Part shown: positions 22,341 to 34,466 of the stretch, piece after piece
Numbering within the stretch: the first letter of the stretch is position 1
How the letters are laid out: every line of letters begins with the position of its first letter
Assembly: GCA_032718475.1 (NCBI GenBank)
Contig: JAUCBJ010004542.1
Coordinates: forward strand, 1 to 40,175
Direction of reading: 5' to 3'
DNA length: 40,175 bases
Source of the DNA: Nemertoderma westbladi
Taxonomy: Eukaryota; Animalia; Xenacoelomorpha
Translations under genes and position numbers: made by a program
Notes under the pieces: generated by a model
Seen by the model: only the letters and a program-made list of their open reading frames with translations
What the model was told of the DNA's origin: nothing
The model's database searches: none

Positions 22341-24648
22341 ATATTAATATGTATCTCATAACTGAGCCCCGTGCTGCGCGAAGGCCCCACAAATGTGTTG
22401 AAAGTTGTTTTAATGGCTCCTGAAATAGTTACTCTTGTATTTTTAAGCTGCAATATGGCATTTTGAAACCAGCTGATGGCGTTGATAGGTACCCAGTTTA
22501 AAACCAATCAGGAAATACAGTAGTGGTTCTAGTTTTTTTAAGGGCTCCTGTAACTTACTATTCTTTATAAAGTGATAGTTAGAAATCCTAGAGCTGGGTC
22601 ATTGCGGAAAATTATAATATAAAACCACAATAATATTTAAGAAATAATAGGCCGTACCACCTGAATACCTACAGTATATCAATTGGTGCAATAATCAGTA
22701 TAGCAGTAGTTCATAGGAAGTAGTGCGTATAGTTTCAGTAGTGTGGTAGTACAGTCTAGTTGCTTGAATAATAGCCTGTTGGCCGAAATATCGCAACAAC
22801 CTTATTTATTTTATATGTCACTAGTATTGGTCTTTACCCCACCTATATTGACAATATGATTAGAACAGTGACCTGGGCACGGAACTACCTATTAATATTA
22901 TCTGGTATTGGATTATTATCTACTGAAGGAATAATATATTCTATCGGATATTGTGTGAAAGTATTAATATATTGTGTGGTATTATAAATATATACTTTAT
23001 TCGATTAGTGATAGTATTAGTATAGCCTTATTATTTTAAAACATTTCTCGGCGAACTTTAAACTTACTGTAAGGGTTAATAAATTTCCTAGAAATAAATT
23101 TGATACATAACATAAAATTTGAAATTATTATGTATTACTTTGAATAAAAATTTTACAATAAAATACCAAACTAGTTCTAGTTAAACTAGTTCTAGTCAAA
23201 CTAGTTAATTTAATTACTTTAATTATCAACCACTGTATTTCGGTATTAATAAAAATTAATTTTAACCATAATAGTTACATAATAATAATTATAAAATCAA
23301 TTATTTAATACATGGCAGTACTAATAATTAACAATACATATAATAGAATATAAAACAAGAGACAAACTATAATAACAATTATAGTAAGTATTACACACTC
23401 CTAGCATACAAACTAGTTTAATATGTATAATAAATGTTTAAATTTATTATAGAAAATACCAGTAAAGCTAGCAAGCATTATACTTAATACATAGATAAAA
23501 CTTACATAATTAATGTAGGTATTCAAAAAATAAAATAAAAACAGTTGGTTTTTTATATGTTTAAGTCCAACACCTAAATGAACTTATCTTTATATAGGCC
23601 TAATCTATAAAAAGTATTAATTATTTTAATTGTAATATTCTTCATCACAGCAGCCAGTGGCGCATTCTATTGATTGTATCACATTCGGTGTCAGGTGGGT
23701 TGGCTGCTACGTATTCAGGTAGACACATCGGTATTAATGACGTTGGAAGTGTGAATACTGAGGCCAAGTCGTGGGTTTTTGGAACTGGAATATGACGCAG
23801 CGTCATCGTGTATTGTTACCAAGCTAGCAATTTGGCGAAAGCAATTCAGTTTTTGATTGGCTGGCTACTGCCGTGTCAGGGAGTCCGCCGCCGTAGTCTA
23901 ATGTCGAAGTGATAAAATTGGGATCTAGGACACTTCCCCCCGGACAGTTCCCCCCCGGACAGTTCCCCCCCGCCCAAGTAGGACACTTGCCCCCCGGACA
24001 CTTCCCCCCCAGTTAAAGTGTTAAAATTAATCTGAGTGCATCAAAGCAGTAAACAAAAGTTAAAGATGGTTACAGGACAAGTTGTATCTAGACAAGTTTT
24101 TTCAAAATTATAAATGAAACATTTTTTATAGTCAAATTTTGTTTGTTTTTCTTTTAATTGGGGGCTACCGCCCCCAAACCTCCGCTTCTTTTCTTGAGGG
24201 CTGGCGCCCCCAGACAACCCGCTTCTTTTCTTGGGGGCTGCCGCCCCCAAACCCCGACATATCCCTGTGTGCCCGTGGTGAACGACTTTGAGACCGTTTT
24301 GAAATAATCAATTCATGTTTGTATCATAAGATAATAAATTGACTAAGCCTAAAGTAGGAGCTGTATTGAATGTTAACCAAATTAATATATAAATTACTAT
24401 AATATTATATAATTCAGCAAAATCCTATTAAAAATATTGCAAGTAACCAGGAAATTTAATATGTAGTGTGTATAATATCTATATATAGTATGTATAGTAA
24501 TATGTATATCAATATGTAATGCTGAACACAGAATACAGGTCGACGCATGTCGATTTTACCCTGGAGAGGTATAATTTTGATTGCAACAATAATATTCATC
24601 CCATCTTCTACAATTTGAAGAAGACTATTACATAATAATAATAATACC

Positions 24649-24976
24649 TTAAATGAAAGGAAGAACAGGAGTCTTACCTACCCGCCATACACTAAATGGG
24701 TCGTCACGGCGACAAAATTGTCATATATTTTCTTATAGAATATAGGCTTAGCTATTGTGCAGTTTATTAACGGTATCATTTAGTGTATGGCGGGTAGGCT
24801 TAGGGTTAGGGTTGCGACACATACCTGTATGTTTAGCATGTATTTATATTTATTTGTGTTTGTGTGTTTGTTGTTCTTCGATGACCCTAGGGGTCGAGAA
24901 GTATAATTTGGGCTAAATGTCCTGATTCTATATTTTTTATTGGGGGTATAAGACTCCTGTTCTTCCTTTCATTTAA
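24649..24976. mobile_element. Nested element with 28-bp perfect inverted repeats
   Basis: TTAAATGAAAGGAAGAACAGGAGTCTTA (24649-24676) and its exact reverse complement (24949-24976). Confidence 0.7.
24677..24798. mobile_element. 122-bp MITE nested in the previous element
   Basis: 22-bp perfect TIR CCTACCCGCCATACACTAAATG (24677-24698 / 24777-24798), flanked by CTTA on both sides. Confidence 0.75.
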
Positions 24977-25687
24977 TTTAATATATACATACCAAACCCC
25001 CTGTTAGTCAGTATGTCGTTAACATCAAATATAATAATACCTATAATTAAAACAATTAATTATTATAATTCTATAGTTAATAAGAACAGTACATCATTCG
25101 GGGGATGGAATTTATAGGTCATCTAATATAATTAATTGTTTAAAGATTAGCAAACAATACGATGTAATTGCTTTGATAAAACCCATAAATAAAACTTGGA
25201 TATAAAATGTAAAATCGGGATGCAAAAGATAACTTTCTGAGCTACGAAAGGAAAATTGGATACAACTTGTCTGGATACAAGCGGTCCGTTTACCTTACAA
25301 AATGAAAAATACGAATGTGCGAAGTTAAGAACAGTCGGGGGGGAAGTGTCCGCGGGGGGGAAGTGTCTGGGGGGGGAAGTGTCTGGAGGTGAAGTGTCTG
25401 GGGGGAAGTGTCTGGGGGGGGAGTGTCCTACTTGAGCGGGGGGGAACTGTCCGGGCGGGGGGGGGGGGGGGGGGGGGGCAAGTGTCCGCGGGGGAAGTGT
25501 CCGAACACCATAAAATTATTATTACATAAAATTTACAGTGTCGTGCGGGCGCACAGGCAAACACAAAAGCAAAACATCATGGCGTACCAGGGCGAAATTT
25601 GGGTGGAAACTTGAATTAACAAAAAGATGGTATCCCCCCTGAGTACTTTAAAGTACAACGTACAAGTACAACGTACAGGTACAAGTC

Positions 25688-26417
25688 AACGGCTCCTCAG
25701 CTCATTGGAACAGGCTGATTCCAGTGTTGGTCTTTTTTAACTCAAAAAGTACCAATATTCTGACAGTTAACTTCGACAGTAGTCCTCAGTATATGCCTCA
25801 TTGTTTGAGCATAAGCTCAACGGATTGAATATGATTGAACATGAACAACTTCTGTTATCTGGGAACATGGATCCTGAAGTCAGGACCTTCGAATACGTAA
25901 GGGAAAGGAATAGGCAGCAATGAATTGACTTTCAAGGGTTTGGAAGTCACACAGAATTCATCGGAAACGTAAGGTCAGATTATTTAGAGCAGCAGTAGTT
26001 CCAGTACTCCTCTATGGGAGTCCATGCTGGGCTCTAACTGCTGAGGACACCAAATCTTTGGATGGCACATTCACAAGGATGCTACGCCGGGTTAATTGTG
26101 TCAAGTACAATGCAAACATCTCCAACCAGACACTATATAACATTGGAGGTGTCTCATTGTTTCCCCCAAGCTGGACACTAGAACTAAGCCGCCTCCGCTT
26201 TGCAGGACATTGCTTTCGACATGAAGACCAGATAGTGCATAATCTTATATTTTGGCAGCCTCGTGGAGTGAATAAGCATGGTGGACAGCCCATGACTTTC
26301 TTGAGACGCATCTTAAAGGACACTGGCCTTAAAGATGCGGATGATCTAGCAAATGTCATGGGTGATAGGGAGTTGTGGCGGTGCAATTTTGTTGACAAGC
26401 CGGAACAGCATTCTTAA
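25688..26417 (+). pseudogene. RTE-clade LINE 3' fragment (RT end and C-terminus)
   Basis: QRLLSSLEQ..VGLF, KVRLFRAAVVPVLLYG, LDGTFTRMLRRV, RLRFAGHCFRH, LIFWQP, DTGL, MGDRELWR. Confidence 0.88.
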
Positions 26418-26724
26418 AAATGCAGCATTGTATAACATTGGCGATTCAATGGCAAATGCCATTGAATATTTAATGCCGATTTTTAAATTTTAATGGCAAA
26501 ACTGAGCTACACAAACATTGAATATATACAATTGCTTTGATCGGTTGTGGCACATAGACGCAGTGTTCAATCAACTAACCTTGTAGTAAAGGACATATCT
26601 TCCGTGCTGCAATCCCGCCTCGTTGCATATATTGACCCACCAAAACTTCCAAGAAAAACAAAGGATCCCCACCAAAAATTAGGAAAATGAAACATGGAAT
26701 GAGAAACGCGCCTGAAAATATAAA

Positions 26725-28452
26725 CTATTAACATTGGAGGTGTCTCATTGGTTCTCCCGAGCTATTAATATTGGAGGTGTCTCATTGGTTCTCCCGAGCT
26801 ATTAACATTGGAGGTGTCTCATTGGTTCTCCCGAGCTATTAACATTGGAGGTGTCTCATTGGTTCTCCCAAGCTATTAACATTGGAGGTGTCTCATTGGT
26901 TCTCCCGAGCTATTAACATTGGAGGTGTCTCATTGGTTCTCCCAAGCTATTAACATTGGAGGTGTCTCATTGGTTCTCCCAAGCTATTAACATTGGAGGT
27001 GTCTCATTGGTTCTCCCGAGCTATTAACATTGGAGGTGTCTCATTGGTTCTCCCAAGCTATTAACATTGGAGGTGTCTCATTGGTTCTCCCAAGCTATTA
27101 ACATTGGAGGTGTCTCATTGGTTCTCCCAAGCTATTAACATTGGAGGTGTCTCATTGGTTCTCCCAAGCTATTAACATTGGAGGTGTCTTATTGGTTCTC
27201 CCAAGCTATTAACATTGGAGGTGTCTCATTGGTTCTCCCAAGCTATTAACATTGGAGGTGTCTCATTGGTTCTCCCAAGCTATTAACATTGGAGGTGTCT
27301 CATTGGTTCTCCCAAGCTATTAACATTGGAGGTGTCTCATTGGTTCTCCCGAGCTATTAACATTGGAGGTGTCTCATTGGTTCTCCCGAGCTATTAACAT
27401 TGGAGGTGTCTCATTGGTTCTCCCAAGCTATTAACATTGGAGGTGTCTCAATGGTTCTCCCAAGCTATTAACATTGGAGATGTCTCATTGGTTCTCCCAA
27501 GCTATTAACATTGGAGGTGTCTCATTGGTTCTCCCGAGCTATTAACATTGGAGGTGTCTCATTGGTTCTCCCAAGCTATTAACATTGGAGGTGTCTCATT
27601 GGTTCTCCCGAGCTATTAACATTGGAGGTGTCTCATTGGTTCTCCCGAGCTATTAACATTGGAGGTGTCTTATTGGTTCTCCCAAGCTATTAACATTGGA
27701 GGTGTCTCATTGGTTCTCCCGAGCTATTAACATTAGAGGTGTCTCATTGGTTCTCCCGAGCTATTAACATTGGAGGTGTCTCATTGGTTCTCCCAAGCTA
27801 TTAACATTGGAGGTGTCTCATTGGTTCTCCCAAACTATTAACATTGGAGGTGTCTCATTGGTTCTCCCGAGCTATTAACATTGGAGGTGTCTCATTGGTT
27901 CTCCCAAGCTATTAACATTGGAGGTGTCTCATTGGTTCTCCCGAGCTATTAACATTGGAGGTGTCTCATTGGTTCTCCCGAGCTATTAACATTGGAGGTG
28001 TCTCATTGGTTCTCCCGAGCTATTAACATTGGAGGTGTCTCATTGGTTCTCCCGAGCTATTAACATTGGAGGTGTCTCATTGGTTCTCCCGAGCTATTAA
28101 CATTGGAGGTGTCTCATTGGTTCTCCCGAGCTATTAACATTGGAGGTGTCTCATTGGTTCTCCCGAGCTATTAACATTGGAGGTGTCTCATTGGTTCTCC
28201 CGAGCTATTAACATTGGAGGTGTCTCATTGGTTCTCCCGAGCTATTAACATTGGAGGTGTCTCATTGGTTCTCCCAAGCTATTAACATTGGAGGTGTCTC
28301 ATTGGTTCTCCCAAGCTATTAACATTGGATGTGTCTTATTGGTTCTCCCAAGCTATTAACATTGGAGGTGTATCATTGGTTCTCCCGAGCTATTAACATT
28401 GGAGGTGTCTCATTGGTTCTCCCGAGCTATTAACATTGGAGGTGTCTCATTG
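26725..28452. repeat. 37-bp minisatellite, 46 full units plus 26 bp, derived from RTE coding sequence
   Basis: Unit CTATTAACATTGGAGGTGTCTCATTGGTTCTCCC(G/A)AG, head to tail with no spacers; matches RTE sequence at ~26134-26172. Confidence 0.97.
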
Positions 28453-28570
28453 ACACCTCCAAACCCGAGCTTGACACTTGAACAAAGCCGCATCCGCTTT
28501 GCAGGATATCACTTTCACCATGAGGACAAACCTAAGCACAATCTTGTGATTTGGCTGCCCCATGGGACCA
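28453..28570 (+). pseudogene. RTE 3' fragment continuing out of the minisatellite
   Basis: PSLTLEQSRIRFAGYHFHHEDKPKHNLVIWLPHG aligns with PSWTLELSRLRFAGHCFRHEDQIVHNLIFWQPRG of ORF 26058-26417. Confidence 0.85.
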
Positions 28571-28854
28571 GCTACAGACAGATCAATATTTTGACATATA
28601 TTTTAGTTTAATGTTTGATTCAATTAAAGGCACAAATTAAAAAGGCTACAAATAATAGGGGTGAATAATTAAATTAGTCACCCATTAGGCCTAAAAGGTA
28701 GCCAAATATAAGTTGCAATCTATATAAATTTGTAAATTCAGTAGTGTGCGTGTGTTGTGTATTGCTTCCGTAGATTTCATGTTGAAATAGCGTTCATTAA
28801 TTTAATTTCTATTTAATTATTCATGCATAATAATACCCACTTTAAATAAAAAAA

Positions 28855-28978
28855 AAGTTGAGCAACTTTTACGGCAACTTTTTTACGTGTTTACACGGAG
28901 CAACTTGATCGGCAACCTGGGTTGCTCTACAAGTTGCCGAGAAAGTTGCTCTAAAAGTTGCCATGCGTAAACAGGGCT
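28855..28978. mobile_element. Partial palindromic MITE, Harbinger-like end
   Basis: Repeated GCAACT/AGTTGC motifs in mirrored orientation; right end GCGTAAACAGGGCT; left terminus not found. Confidence 0.45.
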
Positions 28979-29186
28979 TTAAGCAAAAGAAGGGTCCCGA
29001 ATGAGTTTTTTAACCTTTATTTTTTTGTGATTTTGAGTGCTTTTTTATATTATTAGTGAATGTTCTAGAACCATAGTAGATTTTTTATGGTATAATGCTA
29101 GTATTTTTTACTAGCTAGTAATTTTTGGAAATTATTTTGGTCATTAATATGTTCTTCAACAGTTTAACCTGAAATATCATGGACTT

Positions 29187-29336
29187 TGTTATTTCAGTAA
29201 TTCGTATAATATTCTGATAATAACATGACTACAGGTATAGTAAATCACATGCAGAGAGAACAACATAAAGATACCGGTAGGTATATAACACAGTAGTGAT
29301 AGATCCCAGTGCAAACGGTAGTTGCATATAATAACA
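29187..29336 (-). repeat. 3' LTR of Copia element
   Basis: TGTTATT...AATAACA; identical to 34317-34466 except CAACATAAAG vs CAACATCAAG. Confidence 0.96.
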
Positions 29337-29457
29337 ATATTTTTTTTTTTTTTTTATTTTTTTTTTTTAACTCCTATATTTGATTACTTTCAATTTGATA
29401 GGGATCTGATTTATCCGATGCAGTTTATTCCGATACATTTCTTAAAGGTAGTGCTAT

Positions 29458-32400
29458 TTAATGCTTCCACAAATCAGTTGAAAGTTCAATAAAGACACGT
29501 GGGTCACTCAAGATCCGAGAAAGAATAGCAGATGCGGAACTCTTGGCTTTCGTTAGGGTATCTGCCAGCTGTAGTTTAGTAGGAACCCATTTAAGTAGTT
29601 GAATATCTCCAATACGTTCTTTAATCAATTGCAAGTCGCTTCTCTTGAGGAATTTTTCCACTGACAAGGTCGTAAACCAACCCTTGATGGTCACAATAGT
29701 AGTAGACGTTTTTAACTTCAAGTTTTGTGATATTCTCAATGAGTATCTTGATATATTGCCCAATATCAACACCCTCGACTAATGCATATGTTTCAGATGA
29801 CAGTGTACTCTTCGTCACTCTCCTGGAGCAACGGCTAGACCAATAAACTAAGAATTGTCCCCAAAATACATAAACTGCCAATCATGAAGGATTTCCGAAT
29901 GCTGCATCAGTAAATACATGAAGATCAGGAAATTCATGCTCAACGCCAACGGATTCTGATGACACGGGTAGAAATTTCAATGTAAAGGATTCCATTCGAC
30001 TTCGTCTCACTTGTTTATTCAAGAGTCGAATATCGCTTGTTGTTGGCTTCGAGACTTGTGAGAGCGAGCCGATTTGAAATGCCAAGTCATGGCGACTATT
30101 TGAGACAATCCACATAAATTTTCCTAATAATGCACGAAACATATATTCAAAGTCGTCATCTGTTGCCAAATCGATTTCGTTGAGAGTTCGAATGTACTGG
30201 GTTTGAGACAATTCAAAACCACCATAGTCTAACTTTCGAATATGTACTCCAAGAAATTTAGTCCAACTGCTGCCAATCTGAACAATTTTACCAACTTTTA
30301 GCAATGTCTGCAGACCATCACAAACTTTAATCACTGATGATGGTAATCCAGCAACTACAATATCATCCATATGTGTGGTAATAATACCACACAAATTTCC
30401 TTCCTCGTTATATGTCATGTACATGGCTGGATCAAAGAAACTTTGAATGTTTCCCAGTTGACGTAGATTGTCTTGAAGTTTCAAGAACCATTCTCGTGAA
30501 GCATCGGAAAGGCCATAAACAGCCTTCTTTAATTTCCAGAATCGAGGAGCATCAACGTTCTGAAACTCAACAGGTGGTTTAACACGGCTACAGATCTATC
30601 TCTTGACAAATTACCACTTTGTAAGAAGGCAGTTTTTATATCAACAGCCCATATATTCCAGTCAAATATGGTTGCCAAGGATAACAATATTCTCACTGAG
30701 AGACGGTCACAAGTTGGTGAGAATGATAAAGGGGTTTCTTTGTCTTCAAAGCCCCTGACTACTAGGCGGGCTTTAATAATTTTTTCATGCCCAATTTCTT
30801 TTTCAGTAATCACCCATCTAGTACTCATCAAGTTTGCATTTTGCGGTAACTCTTCTATTTCTTCAAACACATCATTCTCTCGCCAATTTTTAATCTCAGT
30901 TTCTTTAGCCGTTTGAATATCACCGAGTCCATTCAAAGATGCTGTGTAACCAAAATACTCTGGTAGTTTATGTTCCCGCCTAGGATAACGGTATGTTTTA
31001 GGTTCTTCCTCGCGATCACCGTCAGTAAATTCTTGATTCGTAGTGCTTGTATTATTATCTTCACTACTGCCATCACATTCCTTAGTCACATCGTTTGAAG
31101 TTGTCTTTGGCGACAGATCTCCAGTTTGATCAAGGCTAGATCCGTTATTAGCGGGATCAGAAATACTTGAGCCATTGTTTGAGTAAGATTCGACATCATG
31201 GGTAACAGGATTGGAGTCATTATTATTGCAAAAAGTAGAAATATTTTCCTGAACTGCAACATTATCATCATCGCATAGTTTGACACGTGATCTGTGTATT
31301 CGGAGGTATCTCGACCCATGGGATATAAGTACTTCAGGTCCATCTAGCGCTACAACTTTAGCTGGTCCATGCCAACTTTTAGAAATCATAACATAATAAT
31401 AGACTAATGAACCAATTGAAATATTTTTACTGGATGGTCGAACATTCTTCAGAAGAGAACGGCGAATGCGATCAGAAGTATCAGCTTTTGTAAATTCTTC
31501 ACGGACCTGATTCAATAATTTAATGTGGTTGGTTACAGGCTGACTAATAGACATTACATTATCTATTGCACTGATGTTATCTGTCAAAAATCCACTGATG
31601 TTTGGTCCTCTACCCCACATGATTTGATGAGGTGAAAAGCCTAAATGATTGGGCCATGCACTCTTAATAAATGCAGCCATTCTCAATATCTTATTATCAT
31701 TATAGTCGGGATGGTCAGATTTTATTCGACTGTAGATTTCCTTAATAAGTCCATTATGTCGTTCTGTGATACCATTACTGAATGGTGCATATGGTGCAGT
31801 AACATTGTGGGATACATTCAATTTGTTACACAACTCTGTAAAACTGATAGCTGAGAACTCACCACCATTATCAGTTAGTACAGCTTTATTAGGTGGTCCT
31901 AATAGATCACACCAACTGTCTAACAAAGCCCATTGTACACTCATTGATGTTTTATCTGGTAAAGTAGAAATTATACTAAAACGAGAAAATAGATCAATGA
32001 TTTGAAGTACAGGAATGTTACCATTTGTGAAAAAGATATCCAACCCAATAATGTCATTACATGTTGAGGAAAGAGGCAGTGAAACGATTGGTTTGGATGG
32101 CTGTCTCTTGGACAACTGACAATCTGGGCAGTTGTCTGAGACTTTATTGATGATTTCATGCACATCTTCACTTACAACTATGCCGGAGTCCTTGATTAAT
32201 TTGATAAGGGTCTGTTTTGACGGGTGTGCAAATTGTTTATGAATTTTTATGATGTCATCCCTAGACATGCCTGTTTTTGAGATCAGAACAGATTCTTTTT
32301 GAACTAAGGTTGGTTTGGACTCGTTTTTTGTTATAAGTGTAGGATATGCTTCGTCATTCATTAGCTCCTTTTCTGCTGTCTCCTGGCCAATAGGAACCAG

Positions 32401-33826
32401 TGGAATTGCGCAATGTCCAGACTTCAATTCTACCAACTTTACATGAGCACCTTTCACCGTTGCAGTGTTAGCCGAAATATCAAGCAGAATCTCTAGTTTT
32501 GCCATTGTTGGACGTGATAGTAGCAAAGGTAATGAAGAACCCTGTATGATATCTACAGCAACTTTATAGATAACTGAACCAAGAGGAAGGTGGAGTATAT
32601 AATTCTTCTGAGCTGATTTTCTTTCTCCACCCCCAAAGACATATATTGAATGACTTACAGTGTATGTCAGCTGTTGTGGAAACACTTGTTTGTACTGGTT
32701 TAGCCACTGACTACCAGCAACAGTTTTAGTACATGCTGTGTCCAATATAGCATGTACTCCAGTAAAATCAGATATTGAATTAGGTCTAGATCTTGTACAT
32801 GTGTAAGTTCCATTAATTTTGTTTTCATCCAGCTTTACTGTTAAAGCGCAGTTGTCAATGCTATCATTATGATGCTTTAAATAGAACACATTATCATCTT
32901 TACTATGTTCTCTATCAACAATATCTGACGCTTCCTGGTCTATATCATCATGGGGGCAAACTTCTGATGTGTGAAGGACTGACTCACAAATATGACATTG
33001 TGATCTATGTGGATGGACAGTCACGTTGAAAGTGACACTTTGAATCACAAACTCTGTACCGATTGAATTCACTTGGTCCAGATTTGAAAGTTACTTTGGA
33101 TGTTCCGCCACTTCCATGACTATAATGTTCAGTAGTCGTACTGGTACCACTGTTATTACCAGATTTATTGTTACTAAATTTGTTAGATTTATGTTTGAAT
33201 GAACGGTATTTTGCTGCTGATGCAGCCATAGCAAGTTCAGTTTTAATCTCTGTAACACCATTTTGGGCCGATGACATGCCAGAACCAATATCTGACATTA
33301 TGCTTAGTAGATGGCGTTTCATATCATTAACCTCTAGTTTGGCTGTTGCAAGAATCATTTTTCGTTCAGTAGCATCTAAGTTTGCTTTATGTAACATCTC
33401 TGCAGCTAATATAGTGTCGTTAAAATTTAAATTGAATTCTTTAAGAAGTGAAATATAACTTTCAAATTTAATGATGAACTGGCGTATATTTTCAGTAGAT
33501 TGGCGTTCAAAGTATCTAAACTTTACAAAATTAGTGTAAGCATCTTCATCGTGATCTTTAAGAAAAGTAGTGTCTAATGATTGAATAAGAATATCGACAC
33601 CATCATCTCCTGCCAAGGACTCAATATCCAAATCTAGCGCTTTGTCCTTTGCAATGTTACGAAGTGACAATATAATATTAGCAGCACGTTTGTTCTTAGG
33701 AATCTCTGTAACAGTCTGCCACACCACAATTTCTTTCTTCCAGCGACGGTAGTTGGTATCAGATAGAGATGGATCGAATATTGGTGGAGAAACTCGGTAG
33801 TGATTGTGATTAGAATTGTCGGACAT
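29458..33826 (-). pseudogene. Copia gag-pol, frameshifted at about 33005, 30590, 29880 and 29640
   Basis: Gag PPIFD..YRRWKKEI..W; two CCHC knuckles; PR AILDTACTKTVAG; INT HKQFAH..CPDC, GLDIF, LTDNGGEF, SNGITERHN; RT KARLVVRGF, DIKTAFLQ, THMDD; RH FTDAAFGN, STLSSET, EKRL, QLADTLTK. Confidence 0.93.
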
Positions 33827-33895
33827 TATGCTTATTGCTTACAAACAGTTAACAGGATTGAGTATATCGAGTTTTAGACTGTAATACTGTAGGTA

Positions 33896-34068
33896 CTGTC
33901 GTAAGGCTTCTCTATATTATCGGTAGCCTTATGTAGGTCTTGTTACCAGTAAAATATCAGAAGTAGTGCAGAAGGAAGACTGTCGTAAGGCTTCTCTATT
34001 ATCGGATTATCGGTAGCCTTATGTAGGTCTTGTTACCGGTAAAATATCAGAAGTAACGCAGAAGGAAG
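33896..34068. repeat. ~85-bp tandem duplication in the Copia 5' UTR
   Basis: CTGTCGTAAGGCTTCTCTAT...TAGCCTTATGTAGGTCTTGTTACC...GCAGAAGGAAG twice; short GCCATCAC repeats also at ~34200-34290. Confidence 0.85.
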
Positions 34069-34302
34069 CCAATAGCCGGACAGTTTAATCGAGGATTAGA
34101 CAGTCAGTAGGTACCGGTACCTACCGGAAGTTCTGTAGTACAGCAACAAAAGCTGGATAGCGCCGTCACGCAATACTGCAATAGAAGATGCAGGAAACTT
34201 GCGCCATCACGCGAGCGAGAATGTATGAAAGTGCCATCACACTCTCAACATAAATCAGTGCCATCACACTGTGTAGTGCCATCACACTATGAGATCGATG
34301 AA

Positions 34303-34314
34303 GCTCTGCTACCA
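34303..34314 (-). promoter_or_regulatory. Primer binding site for initiator tRNA-Met
   Basis: Minus strand TGGTAGCAGAGC, 2 nt inside the 5' LTR. Confidence 0.92.
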
Positions 34315-34316
34315 TT

Positions 34317-34466
34317 TGTTATTTCAGTAATTCGTATAATATTCTGATAATAACATGACTACAGGTATAGTAAATCACATGCAGAGAGAACAACATCAAG
34401 ATACCGGTAGGTATATAACACAGTAGTGATAGATCCCAGTGCAAACGGTAGTTGCATATAATAACA
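34317..34466 (-). repeat. 5' LTR of Copia element
   Basis: Direct repeat of 29187-29336, adjacent to the PBS. Confidence 0.96.

Larger units (their letters stand above)
23921..25509. mobile_element. MULE-like MITE copy 2, with nested insertions
   Basis: Same termini and internal sequence as 20203-21008; TSD ATAAAATT(G/A) at 23912-23920 and 25510-25518; extra segment ~24020-24380 and insert 24650-25030. Confidence 0.82.
29187..34466 (-). mobile_element. Full-length Ty1/Copia LTR retrotransposon, GalEa-like
   Basis: 150-bp TG..CA LTRs with 1 mismatch; TSD GACTT (29182-29186, 34467-34471); PBS TGGTAGCAGAGC; domain order gag-PR-INT-RT-RH. Confidence 0.96.

Noticed and set aside
23640-23910. GC-richer island, possible exon or ncRNA
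   Set aside because: No convincing ORF, motif or fold recognised.
24800-24813. Interstitial telomere
   Set aside because: Only two TTAGGG units, inside a nested repeat.
20872-25614. Pro/Gly-rich ORFs (PPRTLPP...)
   Set aside because: Translations of MITE subterminal repeats.
22020-26417. A single RTE element split by insertions
   Set aside because: The two pieces overlap in homologous but diverged sequence (AQTLLCSL vs QRLLSSL), so they are separate copies.
26725-28452. CRISPR array (37-bp repeat)
   Set aside because: Units are contiguous with no unique spacers, there are no cas genes, the context is eukaryotic, and the unit derives from an RTE ORF.
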